DNA of 47,312 bases, the filler included, from Catajapyx aquilonaris (Eukaryota), in the NCBI GenBank assembly GCA_000934665.2. It is 2 parts of 2 records of this genome, joined end to end, with 100 filler letters (N's around TTAATTAATTAA, not from the genome) between each part and the next. Parts side by side here need not be neighbours in the genome. Positions count along the whole stretch, not along the records: positions 24,357 to 47,312 come from JYFJ02005779.1; 1 more part is not named here. One strand, given 5' to 3'. Under the pieces are notes generated by a model. That model was given only the letters and a program-made list of their open reading frames with translations. It was not told the origin of the DNA and did no database searches. Positions 25,560-38,793 of the stretch are shown here, one piece after another (positions within the stretch are counted from its first letter, which is position 1; each line of letters opens with the position of its first letter). The position numbers were made by a program, and so were the translations under genes.

Positions 25560-26090
25560 CCATCACATTCTCTCCATTTTATCTCCTGGCTGGCTGAAGC
25601 TTCAGACATTCCTGATGGCTGTCTCTGTTGCTATCTCCAATATTCCTTTATCTGCAGCAGCCTCCTCCATTCCGATGATGGATGGTCACGTTGCGCAGAG
25701 CCGTCGACAGTCTCCAGAGAGCAGTGTCCTGCAGGCCCTGGCAATAACCGTGCAAGTATAGTGATTTGCAGTACGAACAGGACATTGCAGTATTGACTTA
25801 GCAGACAGTGAAATTCCATGATGAGATGGAGTTGTTCAGTTATCCTTGGAATGTTCTGAGTCTGGCTGCGCTTCATCTCCTGGTTGGCTGTGCTGACCTG
25901 CAGTTGTGCGGCAGTTGGGAGCTCGCTCTCATCCGATCAGAAGGTATGGCTGGCCCTAGCTGAGGACAGATGCACCAGCTACATCGTGACACTCCGTCTC
26001 AGGGGCAGTACGCTATCCAACAGGTCAGCTGGACTGCCAATGAAGACCGTCGTCTCCCTCCTCCCAGCCCCAGGTGCCAGCTAGCACATC
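25560..26090 (-). mobile_element. Second, rearranged hAT transposase remnant
   Basis: 25590-25640 matches 28610-28665 and 25915-26030 matches 28055-28180 at nucleotide level. Confidence 0.45.
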
Positions 26091-27949
26091 ATTGGTGGCT
26101 CCAGGTATGAAGATGGAAAATGAAAAGGGCAATCAAGTTAGCAGTACATGATGTTATCAACTAATAGCCAAAGTAGCACACGATGGGTGATTGTCCAGCA
26201 GAAACAGGCCGCAATTAACGATTGCTTCCAACTTAGAATAATGCAACTTCCAAAGGCATGTGATGTCACACTCATTTAAAGCAATAAAACTAGCAGGAAG
26301 GAATTTGCAAATACAAATCAACCCATTGTGGCTATTATGACATGCTCAGGCAAATTCCTAATTAGCTGTGGCTATGCTAATAAATGTGACACTTGCTCAC
26401 CAGATCTAATTTGTAATGGCCCCAAAATGTCGTGATCCTGGATGGCGTGAAGAAAGACTGGTGACCTCAGGTGATGCAGGAATGTCTCCGAGTGCCATTG
26501 CCGATTGTTTGAAAGCTGTCTCAACGGCAGGCTCCCATGAAGGCAGCAGCAAGTTGGCTTAGAAGACCATCAACGTCCCAACCATAATTGCACACCACAT
26601 GTAAAAAATAACACAATTACTAAAATTATGTGCCAAGCCACAATAACCCAAGGCGTACGAGTACAGTCACTGTGTAAATGCTTGCGACCTTCTATTACAA
26701 TGGAGAGAAAAACTGCCACCAGTTCTTCCCAACGCATGGACTCTGAATACCCACTGTTTGCTTGGCTGGATCGCAGCTCCTGACCACCATGGCTCGCTAG
26801 CAGGCATCCCGATCCAGACTAGATGTCAGGTGTGGATGGCACAGTGACCCTTGACCTCTCCAGTCAGCTTCACCCTTCCTGTAAAGAGCAAAATTGCACC
26901 CAACCCTTCCCCTCAACTCCGCACCTTGCATTAAAATCAATTGTCAATTCCTGAATTATCTGCAATGCAAGATGTACTATATGGAGGAGTACTCTTCCCT
27001 CCAAATTCACCACCAGCCTTTTACATGCAGAGCATATCGACACAAAACCAACGCATAAGAGAGCTGGAGAAGGGCACCTGGTGGACCCAACCTGACGGCT
27101 GGTATTATAGGCATTTTCAGCCTGTTGAACGTCAGCCGAGAACAGCCATTGCGGTAACCTGCAGTCACTTGCAACGCAAAGGAATGCAGTGGTTTTGCAT
27201 TGTGCACTACACTTGGACTGTGAAACTGGAAAGGAGGGAACGCCTCACTCTTCAAAGGTGTTTAACTACTAATGGGCTTTAAACAACCACTCACCCTAAC
27301 ACTCCTGCGGTCAGACCTCTTGGCTTGAACCACAGACAATGAGTCCATCCTCCATGCTCTTTCCCTGCACTTGTTATTGAAGTCCCATGCCTGATCCAGT
27401 CCTCAACAACCACGTCCTTGTTCCCATGTTCCAATTTGTCCTTGAACGAAGTCATCTGGAGAGAGGGTTGCCATGTAGCAGCGCTGGTCGACTGCCAAGA
27501 TTCGAGTTGCCTTAATCCTGAAACAAATTATCATAAAATATTAACAAGTACGGGATAACCCCGAATGGCCTCCTTGTCAAGACATAGCTACTCCCGTCAT
27601 GCCTACAGGTTGGTTAAAAAGAAATGCAAGTGCAGAACAACATGTTAAACGTACAAGTTGTTAAATCCCATGTTAGTGACACAATAACGTGCTGGGAAGT
27701 GGGAGACGAGGGAGGGATGGGATGGGATGTGCATAGAGCATCATAATTTACTGTCCCTAATTAGGTCGAGCATTGGCAGCATCCTTGTCCTCCAGATGTG
27801 AAGTGCAGGGTCCTCTTCATCTGCTGGATGACTGGAACGTCCACTGATGATGGAAGGCTGCAGACGATCCCTCCTGTCTTCAAGTGCTGCTCATCTTCCA
27901 CATCGTAAGTAAATTATAAACAACATTCGAATTAGAAACTCACTACCGT

Positions 27950-28950
27950 ACCAATGAAGGGTGCCCAGTCCCAGAACTCGAAATGAATCTACGTAGCTTG
28001 TCGAAATCCCTTAAGACTGAGACGTAACATCCGGCAGCACATGACGCCTGTCGACATGGGAGCTCACCGTCATCAGGCTGAACTTTCTGCTCAGAAGGTA
28101 CGGTTGGTCCAGGCTGCCGACAGATGCACCAGCTGCATGACGACACTCCGTCTGATGCTCATCACACTGTCCAGCAGGTGGAACCAGGCTTTGCTTCCAT
28201 TCTGTCGTCCCCCACAACAGGTCCAGGGATCGCAGCTCATCATCAGTTCCGTCGGGCCCTTCCTGCAGCCTCTTCCTCTCCTCCACTGCAGCCCGTTATG
28301 TGAGGGAGGATAGTGTCGAGGCAGCCAGCCTGATTGGGAAAGAGAACATCAACAGCAAAATCATTAAAGCAGTTTGGGGCAACTTGCATCCTGGGCTTCA
28401 GCCTGGTCCTGACGCACAAGTCCCATGCAACACACTTATCCGCCGAGTTGCTGTCCTGCGAGAGGCGCAAGTGAAGAGGCTATCCAGACATCCACTCTAG
28501 TAGTCTAGTTGAATGCTTCATGTCCTCTCAACTCGCCCCTTATAAGCTGGAAAGTCCGTCACATAAGTCCAAAGTCAGCATCGCAACCACATTCTCACAA
28601 TATTGTCCCCAAGCTGGCTGAAGCTGCAGACATTCTATATGGCTCCATCTGTTGCCATCCCCCTGATTCTGTCGAGCCCCAGACTGCACTCCTCCAGCAT
28701 CAGGGGCAAGTGGTGTCCTGCCTTGTCTTCAGTCTCGGTGAGGAGTGACCTCGCAGAAATTTCTTCCCGAACAGTCCGATGCGGCCATCCAACTGAAATT
28801 CATGCGCATTAGTTCAAACTGCACCATATTCGGATTCTCATCAAATCTCCCATCAATAATTGAGAACGCCAACCACCGCACCTTCTTCAGTATCATCCTG
28901 CAACCACTGAAATTAGAAGACATTATGACAAGGCAGTACGAATCAGCCAA
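27950..28950 (-). mobile_element. Decayed hAT-superfamily transposase
   Basis: LMLEECSLGLDRIRGMATDGA..NV (28641-28710) resembles the hAT catalytic TD(N/G)AxN motif. PGPTVPSEQ/KFS...RRHVLP (about 28030-28115) resembles the C-terminal dimerisation motif PATSVPSERxFS...R..L.P. Confidence 0.55.
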
Positions 28951-31089
28951 ATGGTGCCAATGGCGAGCCCAGTTTTCCTAGCAGTTATTCTTCCCCCAAA
29001 ACAGCATGTGAACAACACAAACCGCACTTTGTTCAACCACCACCAGCCATCTCTCACACGCCTCGAGGCCTCAGGGCAAATAAAACCACACAGCCGCAAC
29101 ATGCCCAACCACAGATCTACAACACAGGGGTTAAATACTCGCAATGTGCAACACAGGTAGCCACAAAATGAAATGAATTGCTATGTGAAGATACTGCCCT
29201 GTCCAATCCAGTCCTGGGCTGAAGAGCCAAGACTGATGATGAGCTGGGCCAAATTGGGTCGAATGGAGAGGCGGGTCGAGAGGCAGCGATTGGCTGATAG
29301 GTGTGTGCATGCAGATGATGGGATGGGTCGCATTACCATTAGACTGTTGCCTCACAATGTCGATCAAATAGTCCCCATTCTTGAAGGTCCTTCTTTATTC
29401 TGGATGGGGTTGCACTGATTTTTATGGCCTCGATTCATCTGAAAATGAACACATTTGATCAGTGGTCTTCACCTCTTTTAGTTCCCATTATGGTGTAGCC
29501 ACAACATACTTTATTCTTTCGTTGCATTGTGCAGAGCTAAATGATGACACTGACGGATGCCACGCATTCTCATTTCGCATGGAACGTCCCTGCTGATCAC
29601 AGATGCTGGTTTAAAATTTTGATCTCATTTAACATTCTACTTCTAAGGTCCAGTAGCATCTGGGAAGATCAATAAAAAACATTAGTATCTTATCTGGCTA
29701 AGTGCATTTGAGAGTTAGGCATTTAGGCAAGAAATAGTAAGATTACCTATGTTGCTCATTAACGATTGCAATGGGATGGCATATTATGACCACCTTTAAA
29801 TGACCTGATTTTGATTAGTATCACATCTGTACTCACCGTCTGTGCATTCCAGGTTTGTCAAATGCGGATGGTCGTATGGTTGTAGATGTGCCCCATCTGA
29901 ACCAGTGTTGAGATGCACCCTTCCAGCCAGGCCCAAATCACCTACTGCGCATGCTCCCAGGACTCTTTGAGGCTCGTGTGAATTGGGCCTTACTTCCGGA
30001 CATCAATATTTAATGTAAAATAATGTTGCGCAATAATAAGTGCCTGCGGCCCACCAACTGAAAATGAGTGACCTTCAGCAGTGATTGCGCCTGTGAGAGC
30101 AGCAAGTATGGCCCCCATCTAAATTACCTGTACTTGCCCTGCACTATGCTCCATCAGGACCAGTGCACTGTTAAAGTGCATGTCTGTCCACCAGGCAGGT
30201 CCATGGAAGTGAGGTATGCAAGCAGGCAAGGCTGGGATTGGGAGGGGGAGAGGCAGAGAAGGGGGGATTGATTTACCTCCACTGGGTGTATGACCTTGTC
30301 AAATATCTCAGCAGATCCAGTCAAATCGGGGATGTCACTGTTTAATGCACAACACTTCAGTGCTGCCCATTTTTCAAGCCTCACCCACTTGATAAGAGAC
30401 AACATTATCTTGGAACATGTGCTATGCCGCAGGATTAATCCCTCTCCAAACAAAATTAAAGAAATTGGGGGAAAAACTACATTGACGTAATGTGTCAGCT
30501 GCTTTCTATATCCATAAAAGTTACGCCAAGTGTGAATTAAATAGGTGCATCATAATAGGCAAGGAGTGCTAATTACGTAGGGTGAATTCACAACCATAGA
30601 TTGAGAATGAGAAGCTCAATAATAATGGGTCAAGCTACATTTAGAGATATGGATACAAGATGGGTACGGGTACAATTATTGGCATTTACGAACATTACTC
30701 ATTTATTTTAAAGCTATTGAATTATCGTTTGCACTAATTTTAGGGTGGAATCTCTTGCGGAGGTTTGGGGGCAACATGTTCGTCAAAAATTTGCCGCCAA
30801 CGTCGTTTGTTTTTTAAAAAAATTTGAAGTTTTTTGTCCAGCGGCCGCAAAAAGATGATTTCATTCAGATAATCTGGTTAATCCGGTTTATTTATGCAAC
30901 ACAAACACAATAAATTTATGGTATAAAAACACTTTTAATATTATCATCCGTACCAGAAGAAAGTTTTTCAATAAACAATACTGTTGATCTTGTACACTTG
31001 TCACACTTACTATAAAAAGAACAGGCTTGGTGCAAAAGTGATAGAATATACTACAAGTTTCTAGCAATAAGGATGCAAACAGCTCTTTT

Positions 31090-31172
31090 CCAGTATGAAA
31101 TGTCCGCACATGATCCCACAACCTGGCTGAGTTACTGCATTCCTCTCCATAAAATCCACAAAAATCAGCCAC
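31090..31172 (-). pseudogene. Isolated degenerate C2H2 finger
   Basis: FCGFYGEECSNSARLWDHVRTFHTG, with the second Cys replaced by Tyr. Confidence 0.4.
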
Positions 31173-33362
31173 CGGAATTTCTTAATGTGTGGTGCAAGCG
31201 CAAGGTCTGTAAAGGGGTCATGTGCTGTTCCCCAGGAGGTTAGGTTGCCAGACACCTCCTTGGTGCAGGTCAGAGACCCTCCTGACGCAGGTGAAAGGAA
31301 AAGTTCCCTAGGCGGGGATCGAACCTGGGGCCTTTCACTCGGCAAGCCGAGCATTCATTACATATTTCTCATCTGCTGGGCTTAAAATAATGTCATTCAT
31401 TACATCAGAACGGCCCGCCCCCTTCCAAAAAAATTTCAAAATGAGGGCCCAACTGAAGGTGTATCTAGTTTCAAGTCACACCATTCATCTTATTATTTGT
31501 GACACTGCAAAGCTTCCTCCTAATGACGTCAAGTTCTCACAAATCCAAGTCCATCATACATTCTAACAATTCCCTGTGCTCCCGACCAGACCAACATCTG
31601 AAAATGCGAAAGGTGTATGAGTGACCATGCATAAATTTTTAATTGCTCGTATTTACATACCTCATATGAAGCATGTTGCCTTGTCCCCACGTGCTGCAGC
31701 CAGATACGATCAAACGGGATACGGAGCTTTCAGTTATTGCTGCACCACCGACCTCATTAAGGATGAATTCCATCATTTACTGCAGTCTAGGTGAATCCGA
31801 CATTAGTAGAAATAATCATACACGAGATTATCACTTACCATGCTAGTCATCCTTGCCGAGAGCAGCATTGTCCTGTTGGAAGTCAGTTTTATGGACTCCC
31901 GGCACATTTTTTTAGCTCTCATATCCGGAATTTCTGCACTGAAGACATTCTGCAAAAAAAAGAAGAAAAATTACACACAATAAGTCAGCAAAATGAGGTA
32001 CAAATAAAATGATATGTTACGTACGCTACATACAGCTGTATAGTAGGACCAGCAGCTTCACCTGAAATATACAACTAGAAATATTAGCACATTTTCAAAT
32101 GCCGTAATCAAAATAAATTGCTGCAACCATAGTTACAGGGCTTTTTTTTTTGTCACATTTCCGTGTTGCAGTTTGGCTAATCGAGGCGAATAGGACCTAA
32201 CGCCTAACCTAACACGTACGCGACACGAATATTCGTCTCGTTCAACCATAACTTCAACCGCAATGTGAAGAAGAAAAAAAGCCTCTTTTGGCCGTTCAAT
32301 AATAATTGGAATAGCATTCACCGACACGTCAGCCCGTGAATCCCACTTCCAATTAGACTGGCCAACAGTTACTAGCAATCTCACAAAGGTCTCCTCGTTC
32401 TGGGATTTGCCAACAATGGGACGTCATCAGGCATCGCTTGGGACAACCGGTGCACTGGAAAGACAGGAGTCACCAAAATTAGAAGAATTAGTGGTTAGTG
32501 GCCCTGGAAAGGCCTCTGGTCTGATCGGAGGAGATCAAAACATCTCCTCTGACCTTTTGACCCCAAGTCCTTCCCAGGCGGAAGTGCTGTTGTTTCCTCA
32601 GCCGCCGTCTGATTGACCTTGACCTGACCTGAGACACTAAGCCCATCCAAAAATGACGGCAGCCAGACGACCTCCACGCAATCCACTTCCTCCCCACATC
32701 CCTATCACCGACGTACACACTCAGCCAAACATGCCATCGCATGCCACGGACAATTGTTCATGACCTATAATTATCCGCAATATTTGGCCGATTGGTGTAC
32801 GACAACCAGAAGAAAGTGTGTAGTTAATATTGGCACACAGCACTGTCTGCAAGAGACACGTTTGGAGCATCGGTATCCGACCCACAGATGCCATATTTAC
32901 CAAACCTCTCACAAGACGAGTGTGTGTGGGAACCTTGCCAAACAAAAAAAGGGCATTCGAATTTATTCATCACCGAACAAGACATATGTTACTGGTCACA
33001 CATAATCTTCCTGTGGTCATATTTGCATCACCACAAAAACTGTGGGCGGAACGTGTCTCCGTCCAGCTCTTCCATGGCCGTAAAATCTGTGCTACAAACT
33101 CCAATTATGATGATGGACAGCGGTGGAAGCACCAATGCCTTCACTATGGCCTGGAAATATATTGCAGAGTTTTTACTCTTGTATCAGGAGGAAATTATTT
33201 TCATTCATACAAAATGCGCACCTTGTGGTCCCGAACGGACAGATAGACAAACAGAGCAGTTCTATAATTATATGGCAAAATGACCTGTTACAACATGTGT
33301 AAGGGAGAGTGGGTAACAATGAGACGCTTTTTTTTTCTTTTCCCGGCAAGCCACACCAATGT

Positions 33363-33563
33363 GGGGTCCTTTTTGGACCTCAGGGTATACTTATGTCACC
33401 ATCCTGATACATGTTTTTGTCAAAATGAAAATTCCCACATCTACATTCCTGAAATATACTCTTTGACACCTGGAAAAAAATTATGAGCGACAAAAAAAAT
33501 TCTAAAGGGAGTTAACGTCACTTAAATGTTCACAAGTCGTCTTGGGGTCCAAAAAGGACCCCC
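33363..33563. mobile_element. MITE remnant related to the element at 39842-40127
   Basis: Inverted pair GGGGTCCTTTTTGGACC / GGGGTCCAAAAAGGACCCC. Confidence 0.55.
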
Positions 33564-33668
33564 ATGTTGCAAGTTAGCGACCAGTTTTTTCCGACCCTAA
33601 ATAGACATGGAAAATTCATGATGTAGCGAGCATAAAAAATTGCACAGGTGTAAAAAAAATTATCCATG

Positions 33669-33842
33669 CAGTGAAACCTGTCCATAACGGACCCGGAGTA
33701 TAACAGAAACTTGTCAATTGCAGAATTTTTCATGGGAACGGGCTTATCCACCGTACATGAATTCCATGTCGAATGTAAAGGAAACCTGTCCATTACGGAA
33801 AATGTTATGGTCTCGTGCGATTCTGTTATACAAAGGTTTCAC
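33669..33842. mobile_element. pogo/Tigger-like MITE
   Basis: Starts CAGTGAAACCTGTCCATAACGGA, has an internal copy AAACCTGTCCATTACGGA, and ends TTCTGTTATACAAAGGTTTCAC. Confidence 0.55.
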
Positions 33843-34434
33843 ACCAACTGGAAGTCAAGCATAAGTCAACCAGATCCAGTTTCTGTTCTGCCACATGATA
33901 AGGAGACTTCCATTACAGCTGCTGGGTCATGAAGGTGGGATACTCTCAGAATCAGCTATTGGTTTTCAATCAGTTTTTCCATGGCAGGCCAAGTACATTA
34001 AAAAAAAGCAAACTTTTCCACAGCATCACCTTAACCTGTCGCCAGGCTGGTACCTTTTATTTGAAATATGTCACAAAATATTATACAACTTTTATACAAG
34101 AATCAGTCTAATTGGACACCGCTGGCTACCCCTCTGTGGGATTTATGCCGCGAAGATATGAATGAATGAATGATTCAGTGGATACTTTCACAATGAACAT
34201 TTCCGCAGTTGCAATCAATAAAGAGAATGGCCTTGGAAGGCAAAGTTTAAACTGACCAGCTGCATTATCGCAGGGACTGATACACGCAGGCTTGTTGCAC
34301 TCTCCACTTACAGACACAATGAAGACAGCCCACATAGAAGGTAACGTACATATTATTCACCATTGCACCCACAACAGGTCAGAAGGTGTCACATTAGGCT
34401 GCTGAACACCTGACCACTCCAATCCCCCAACCAC

Positions 34435-35030
34435 GTACTTGCACTTCATGCAAGTGGAATTGCGCGCAGAAGAAACGCTGGGTCACAAGCTGGACAAGGG
34501 TCAAAGTTTTCCATGTTTGTTCGCCTGGCCTTTTTCCAACAGGCAAATGTCCGGAGCGTCCTACCTACACTCCCTGATCCACCGAGACCTTAAGCCATAT
34601 AACATTCTCTTCACCTTGGTCCATCGAGACCTTAAGCCGTATAACATCCTGTTCACCCTAGATGGGAAGAGAGTGAAAATTGGGGACCTTGGTTCATCGA
34701 GACCTTAAGCCATATAACATTCTCTTCACCTTGGTTCATCGAGACCTTAAGCCGTATAACATCCTGTTCACCCTAGATGGGAAGAGCGTGAAAATTGGGG
34801 ACTTTGGTCTGTCCACCTCCCTTCTGACCCATCCTCTTCCCACAATCCAGCGCGTGGTCACCACTTCCCTCCAATCCAACCATCCCAACCAGGAGTCTCT
34901 CCTTTTCCTCATCTTTCACCACCAGAGATGACGGCGAGTGTTGGGACGAGACTGTACTGCTCCCTGGGAGAGAGTACGGTCCAAAGACTGATGTATATTC
35001 ATTGGCCCTGGTTACTGTTTCAGATCATGT
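34435..35030 (+). pseudogene. eIF2-alpha kinase-like (PKR/PERK/HRI/GCN2 family) pseudogene fragment
   Basis: YLHFMQVEL..ETL, YLHSLIHRDLKPYNILF, VKIGDFGL, TASVGTRLYCS and YGPKTDVYSL occur in order across frameshifts. No introns in this span. Confidence 0.8.
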
Positions 35031-36165
35031 CCCCCCGACCCTCTTTCAGAGAACTTGACATGCAATCAGACGAAACGGGACTGATCACGAATGATGCTGA
35101 TCATGTTCAGCTATCATTTAAAAATTCAATCCATCATAATCCTACAAGCACTGCATGTGCATAGAAAAGACATCCTCCATCACATCTTTGCGTACACATA
35201 TTGCATCACATATTGCAAAATGTGTTACCCTTACTGGCATTGTGGGAGTTAAAAAGTACTAAATCTCAGGTGTGAGATAATATAATCCATAACAACTTTC
35301 ATAATTGAAAACCATCAATCACCATTAAGTGAAAGCATATTATCCTGCGCATTTACTGCACTTATTATATCTGAGGGCTAAATACCACTCCATCATTATT
35401 TGTTCATGATATAATTAACGTGGTAATGTTCAAAGTACTGTGATCTTCACAACGAGAGGATCATACTGGAACACATTTTATACGACCACTACTTTTTCAA
35501 GAATATTGACGTCCCCAAATACCTGAGTGACATTCAATATTTGTTGCTCTGAAGTATAGCTGCTATATTTAGCGTACAAAATTTACGCATTAAAATCTAG
35601 CAGCGAAATGGCATGTTTCCGCCAATTTCTTCCAGTGGAAACTGCACAATTAACCTGGTTAGTTTCTTTTCCAGGACGATCAAATGTGCACACTTCAGTG
35701 TGCCTTGTTTGTTATTTAAGAAGTGGGCCATCTGAGTGGCATAGATTAATGTAAAATTGTTTGACGATAAAGAGGCATAACATATTATGCCTTCTTCATA
35801 CAATGCCAAAGGGGCTTCAATCGTAACACCAATGACATAATAGGCTATCAACTTGTGACACCAATACTGCTATCAAAACATTGTGAGATTATCAATTGCA
35901 GATATGACAAAAACTTATGTAATAGGTCTTATCATTTTTTTTTGCATTGTGAAAAAATCCACTGAATCTGGTTTAGATGCATTATGAAAATATGTATGGA
36001 TGAGACCATTGCATTCATCATCATACTGTGTGACCAACATGTAGGCTTCCCTGAGTCATAATTAGACTGCTCTAAAGCTTACTGCCCCATACGGCTCAAC
36101 CAAAGAGATCAGACATGATGCACAGATTACCAGCCATGGCCTCACGTTGGCTACACAGACGCAGA

Positions 36166-36588
36166 TCACCCAAACCTGCTACTCTGAGCCATGACCCTCC
36201 CAAACGAGTGAAACACAGGAGCCGAATCCTTGACCTTCCCCCAGCTACCCAGGGGCACCACAATGGCTGTAGCATTGTCACCTGACCCAAATTCGGCTGC
36301 CTGTTCAGTCAAGTTCTGCGCAGCCTCATTCGGGTCGTCCCCTCCACATCTCGCAACAACTTCACAGGTGGCAGAGTCGCTCATGACTGAGTTCACCCCG
36401 TCAGTCGTCACTAACAAGAAGGCATCCCGACCGTGGTCGACTGCCATACGGCGAGTCTCTGGATTCGCAGTCACTCCAAATGGCTTCAGTTCCAGGTCAC
36501 CAATGCTGCGGGTCATTGCCAGGCGGCCGTTAACCAAGGGTGGGCCACCAGTTTCCAATATGGTTCCTCCACTTGACAGAATCCGCTC
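36166..36588 (-). CDS. PPM1K: PP2C phosphatase PPM1K-like, last coding exon
   Basis: Acceptor TTACAG, then ERILSSGG...VNGRLAMTRSIGD...LVTTDGVN...GSGDNATAIVVPLGSWGK...SFGRVMAQSSRFG and stop. The C-terminus is typical of PPM1K. Confidence 0.92.
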   Translation of the reverse strand, partial: ERILSSGGTILETGGPPLVNGRLAMTRSIGDLELKPFGVTANPETRRMAVDHGRDAFLLVTTDGVNSVMSDSATCEVVARCGGDDPNEAAQNLTEQAAEFGSGDNATAIVVPLGSWGKVKDSAPVFHSFGRVMAQSSRFG

Positions 36589-36752
36589 CTGTAATGTCAG
36601 CACAAATTAAAAAGTTGACTTTTGAAGCCAAAATTTAAACATTTGGAAGAAAAAACCAAGGTCCTTTTTTTTTGTTGCAGGAAAAAAGCATTTACGGTGA
36701 CAATTTCGGCTACTTTTTACCACACTAGATGTGAGGTCAATGCAAGTCAAAC

Positions 36753-36922
36753 CTTTTCCGCATTGAGAGCCGGACTGTGGTCGCTTGTGAGCTTCCTTAC
36801 TTCACCTCCTTCCCTGCAAAGGATGGCTCGGGAGTCGCCAACATGGCCCACGACGAGTTCTCTGCTGTCGCGAAGGAGGCAAACAGTGGCGGTGCTTCCA
36901 GATGAGGAAAACTCACTTCGTG
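36753..36922 (-). CDS. PPM1K: PPM1K-like, middle coding exon
   Basis: Acceptor TTACAG and GT donor; 170 nt, phase compatible with both neighbours. Encodes [32 protein letters not shown]...LTSDHSP. Confidence 0.92.
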
Positions 36923-37693
36923 CTGTAATAAATCATCAGATGTAAGCTCTCAGTGAAGCAAGTTATGTATGATACAAACACTGTGTTCGAACTTGCATTA
37001 GCATTATAAAATGGCATCTATTTCAACATGAAAATTACTTTTCGAACATGATGTATCAGAGTATGGTAAATGTGACGAGGATGTAGCTCACACTTTGAAA
37101 CACAGACGCCATGGTGCAAAATCAGCCGAGAACAGGAAGAACAGCTCACTGACTTTGGATCAAGCAAACTGTGCTTTAGAAGAGGGCGGCTGAAGGCCTT
37201 CCACATATCAGCTCAATTTGGGCAGATGGCCAAGTTTCAAAGTTCAGACATGTTGACTTACCGAGCTCAAAGGTGCTGATAATGTCATGTGATACTGTTT
37301 ACACTGTTCACACACTGTTCAAATATTTTTTGGGGTCAGCCTTTTTGCATACAGTTGACTACTTGTGCGGTTATAACAACGGACTTCTGATTATAACAGA
37401 CTTGAAAGGCCGGTCCCAGCACACGTCCATAAGGCCCTGTATCTGTCACAGATCTAAGTGACTCAAAATAATACATTTTGTGGTATGTTTGGAAACACGG
37501 AGACGGATGAAGAAAATTACAGCCTTTTTTTTTGGTCCTGCCTAATTTACAGGTGGGCTTATTTAAACATAAATTCGGCTAAATAGCCTACAAGATGATG
37601 GGTCCATCGGCCATACCTGCATAATAAGATGTAAAATTGGCGTAAGGGTACATGCTGACCAAGGAATAGGCCTACAAATTTGCAACCGGAATT

Positions 37694-38501
37694 CATAGCT
37701 ACTCTCCTAGCATGTATCTCCTGAAGAATAGGCGTGTACCCGCTGAAGATAGGGCTGTGTTCCTCAAGGAAGGGAGGTAGGTTAGGTTAGGTTATGTTGG
37801 TACCGTGTTGGTCATATATCGAGGCAACCGCCAGCGACATTTTCCGAAGCGGCAGAAGAAGGAATCGAAGATAAGTGTACTACAAGCCGGGCGAGCTAGA
37901 TTCCTTCTTCTGCCGCTTCGGAAAATGTCGCTGGCAGTATGCCTCGATTTATGACCAACACAGCGTACCCTTAGGATAGGGTATGTATCCGCAAGGAAGG
38001 GAGGTTAGGTAATGTTGGTACAGAGTGCCCCTACCCCTCCCACATTAATTCTCGCATTACTTCTCAATTTTTCATTCTTTCCCATGCCAATTACCCCTCT
38101 TTATTGTATGGCAGGACCAGGGGAGGGGCAAGCGTGTTTATATTTTCAATACTGCAAAATTAATTTTCACTGCTTCGTGTGGCAGGGGTATGGGTACGAT
38201 GTATCAACCCAACCTAACCTCCTTTCCTTGCGGATACAGCCGGCTATCTTCAGCGGATGCACGCCTATTCTATAGCATATACATGCCTAAGAGAGTAGGT
38301 AAATGTATGCCTATTACGCTACACAGTTATATTCAGTACAGGAAACTGGACGGCCTACCTTGGTACCTTAGCATGAACCTCCCTCCAAGTTATCTCCATA
38401 TTTTGGGTGTGCCCCCCAGTGTCTGGATCCACGAAGTTGACTGAGTGGTTCACTTTAAGGTTCTCATACCCCTCATTTCCCAGACAATCATACGCCCTCC
38501 A
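37694..38501 (-). mobile_element. Merlin (IS1595/ISXO2-like) transposon remnant with inverted terminal copies
   Basis: 38355-38501 encodes WRAYDCLGNEGYENLKVNHSVNFVDPDTGGHTQNMEITWR, the ISXO2-like DDE C-terminal signature. 37694-37804 and 38193-38315 are inverted copies with GGTTA repeats ending GTACC, and a third partial copy lies at about 37970-38021. Confidence 0.8.
37805..37961. mobile_element. 157-bp foldback MITE
   Basis: Arms 37805-37866 and 37899-37961 are near-perfect inverted repeats (GCCAGCGACATTTTCCGAAGCGGCAGAAGAAGGAATC). Confidence 0.8.
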
Positions 38502-38793
38502 TAAGTACCGGATGCAGCAGTGGGAGTGGTGGGTGGGGAAGCTGGGGGAGGTGGAAAAAAAAGGAAGATAAGACCAGCGACTTAGGCGTATTGGAGCGAG
38601 GGGGACAGGAGGTCGCATTGGCCTTCTAGCCCTGGCATACAGCCTGATAAGACTCTGGCAAGGAAGATAAGGCATTCTGGGGGCCATTGATAAAATTTTA
38701 GTAGGTCAAGACAGTGATTATGACAATGTCGCCACATTAGTATTGGTGACTGTCGCCTTATGTGATTTATTCATACTAGTTACTTAATCTTAA

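Noticed and set aside
29400..32100. Exon-like minus-strand segments with plausible splice sites
   Set aside because: They could not be joined into a stop-free ORF or assigned to a family. Probably relics, so not called as a gene.
32700..33150. ELDGDTF (glycosyltransferase-like, minus strand) and CLQETRL (APE-like, plus strand) motifs
   Set aside because: Short isolated matches in stop-interrupted frames with no supporting motifs.
34575..34810. CRISPR-like repeat array
   Set aside because: The repeats are kinase coding sequence without unique spacers, in a eukaryotic context with no cas genes.
37775..37795. TTAGG telomere-like repeats (also about 32190-32210)
   Set aside because: Only a few units, embedded in transposon termini.
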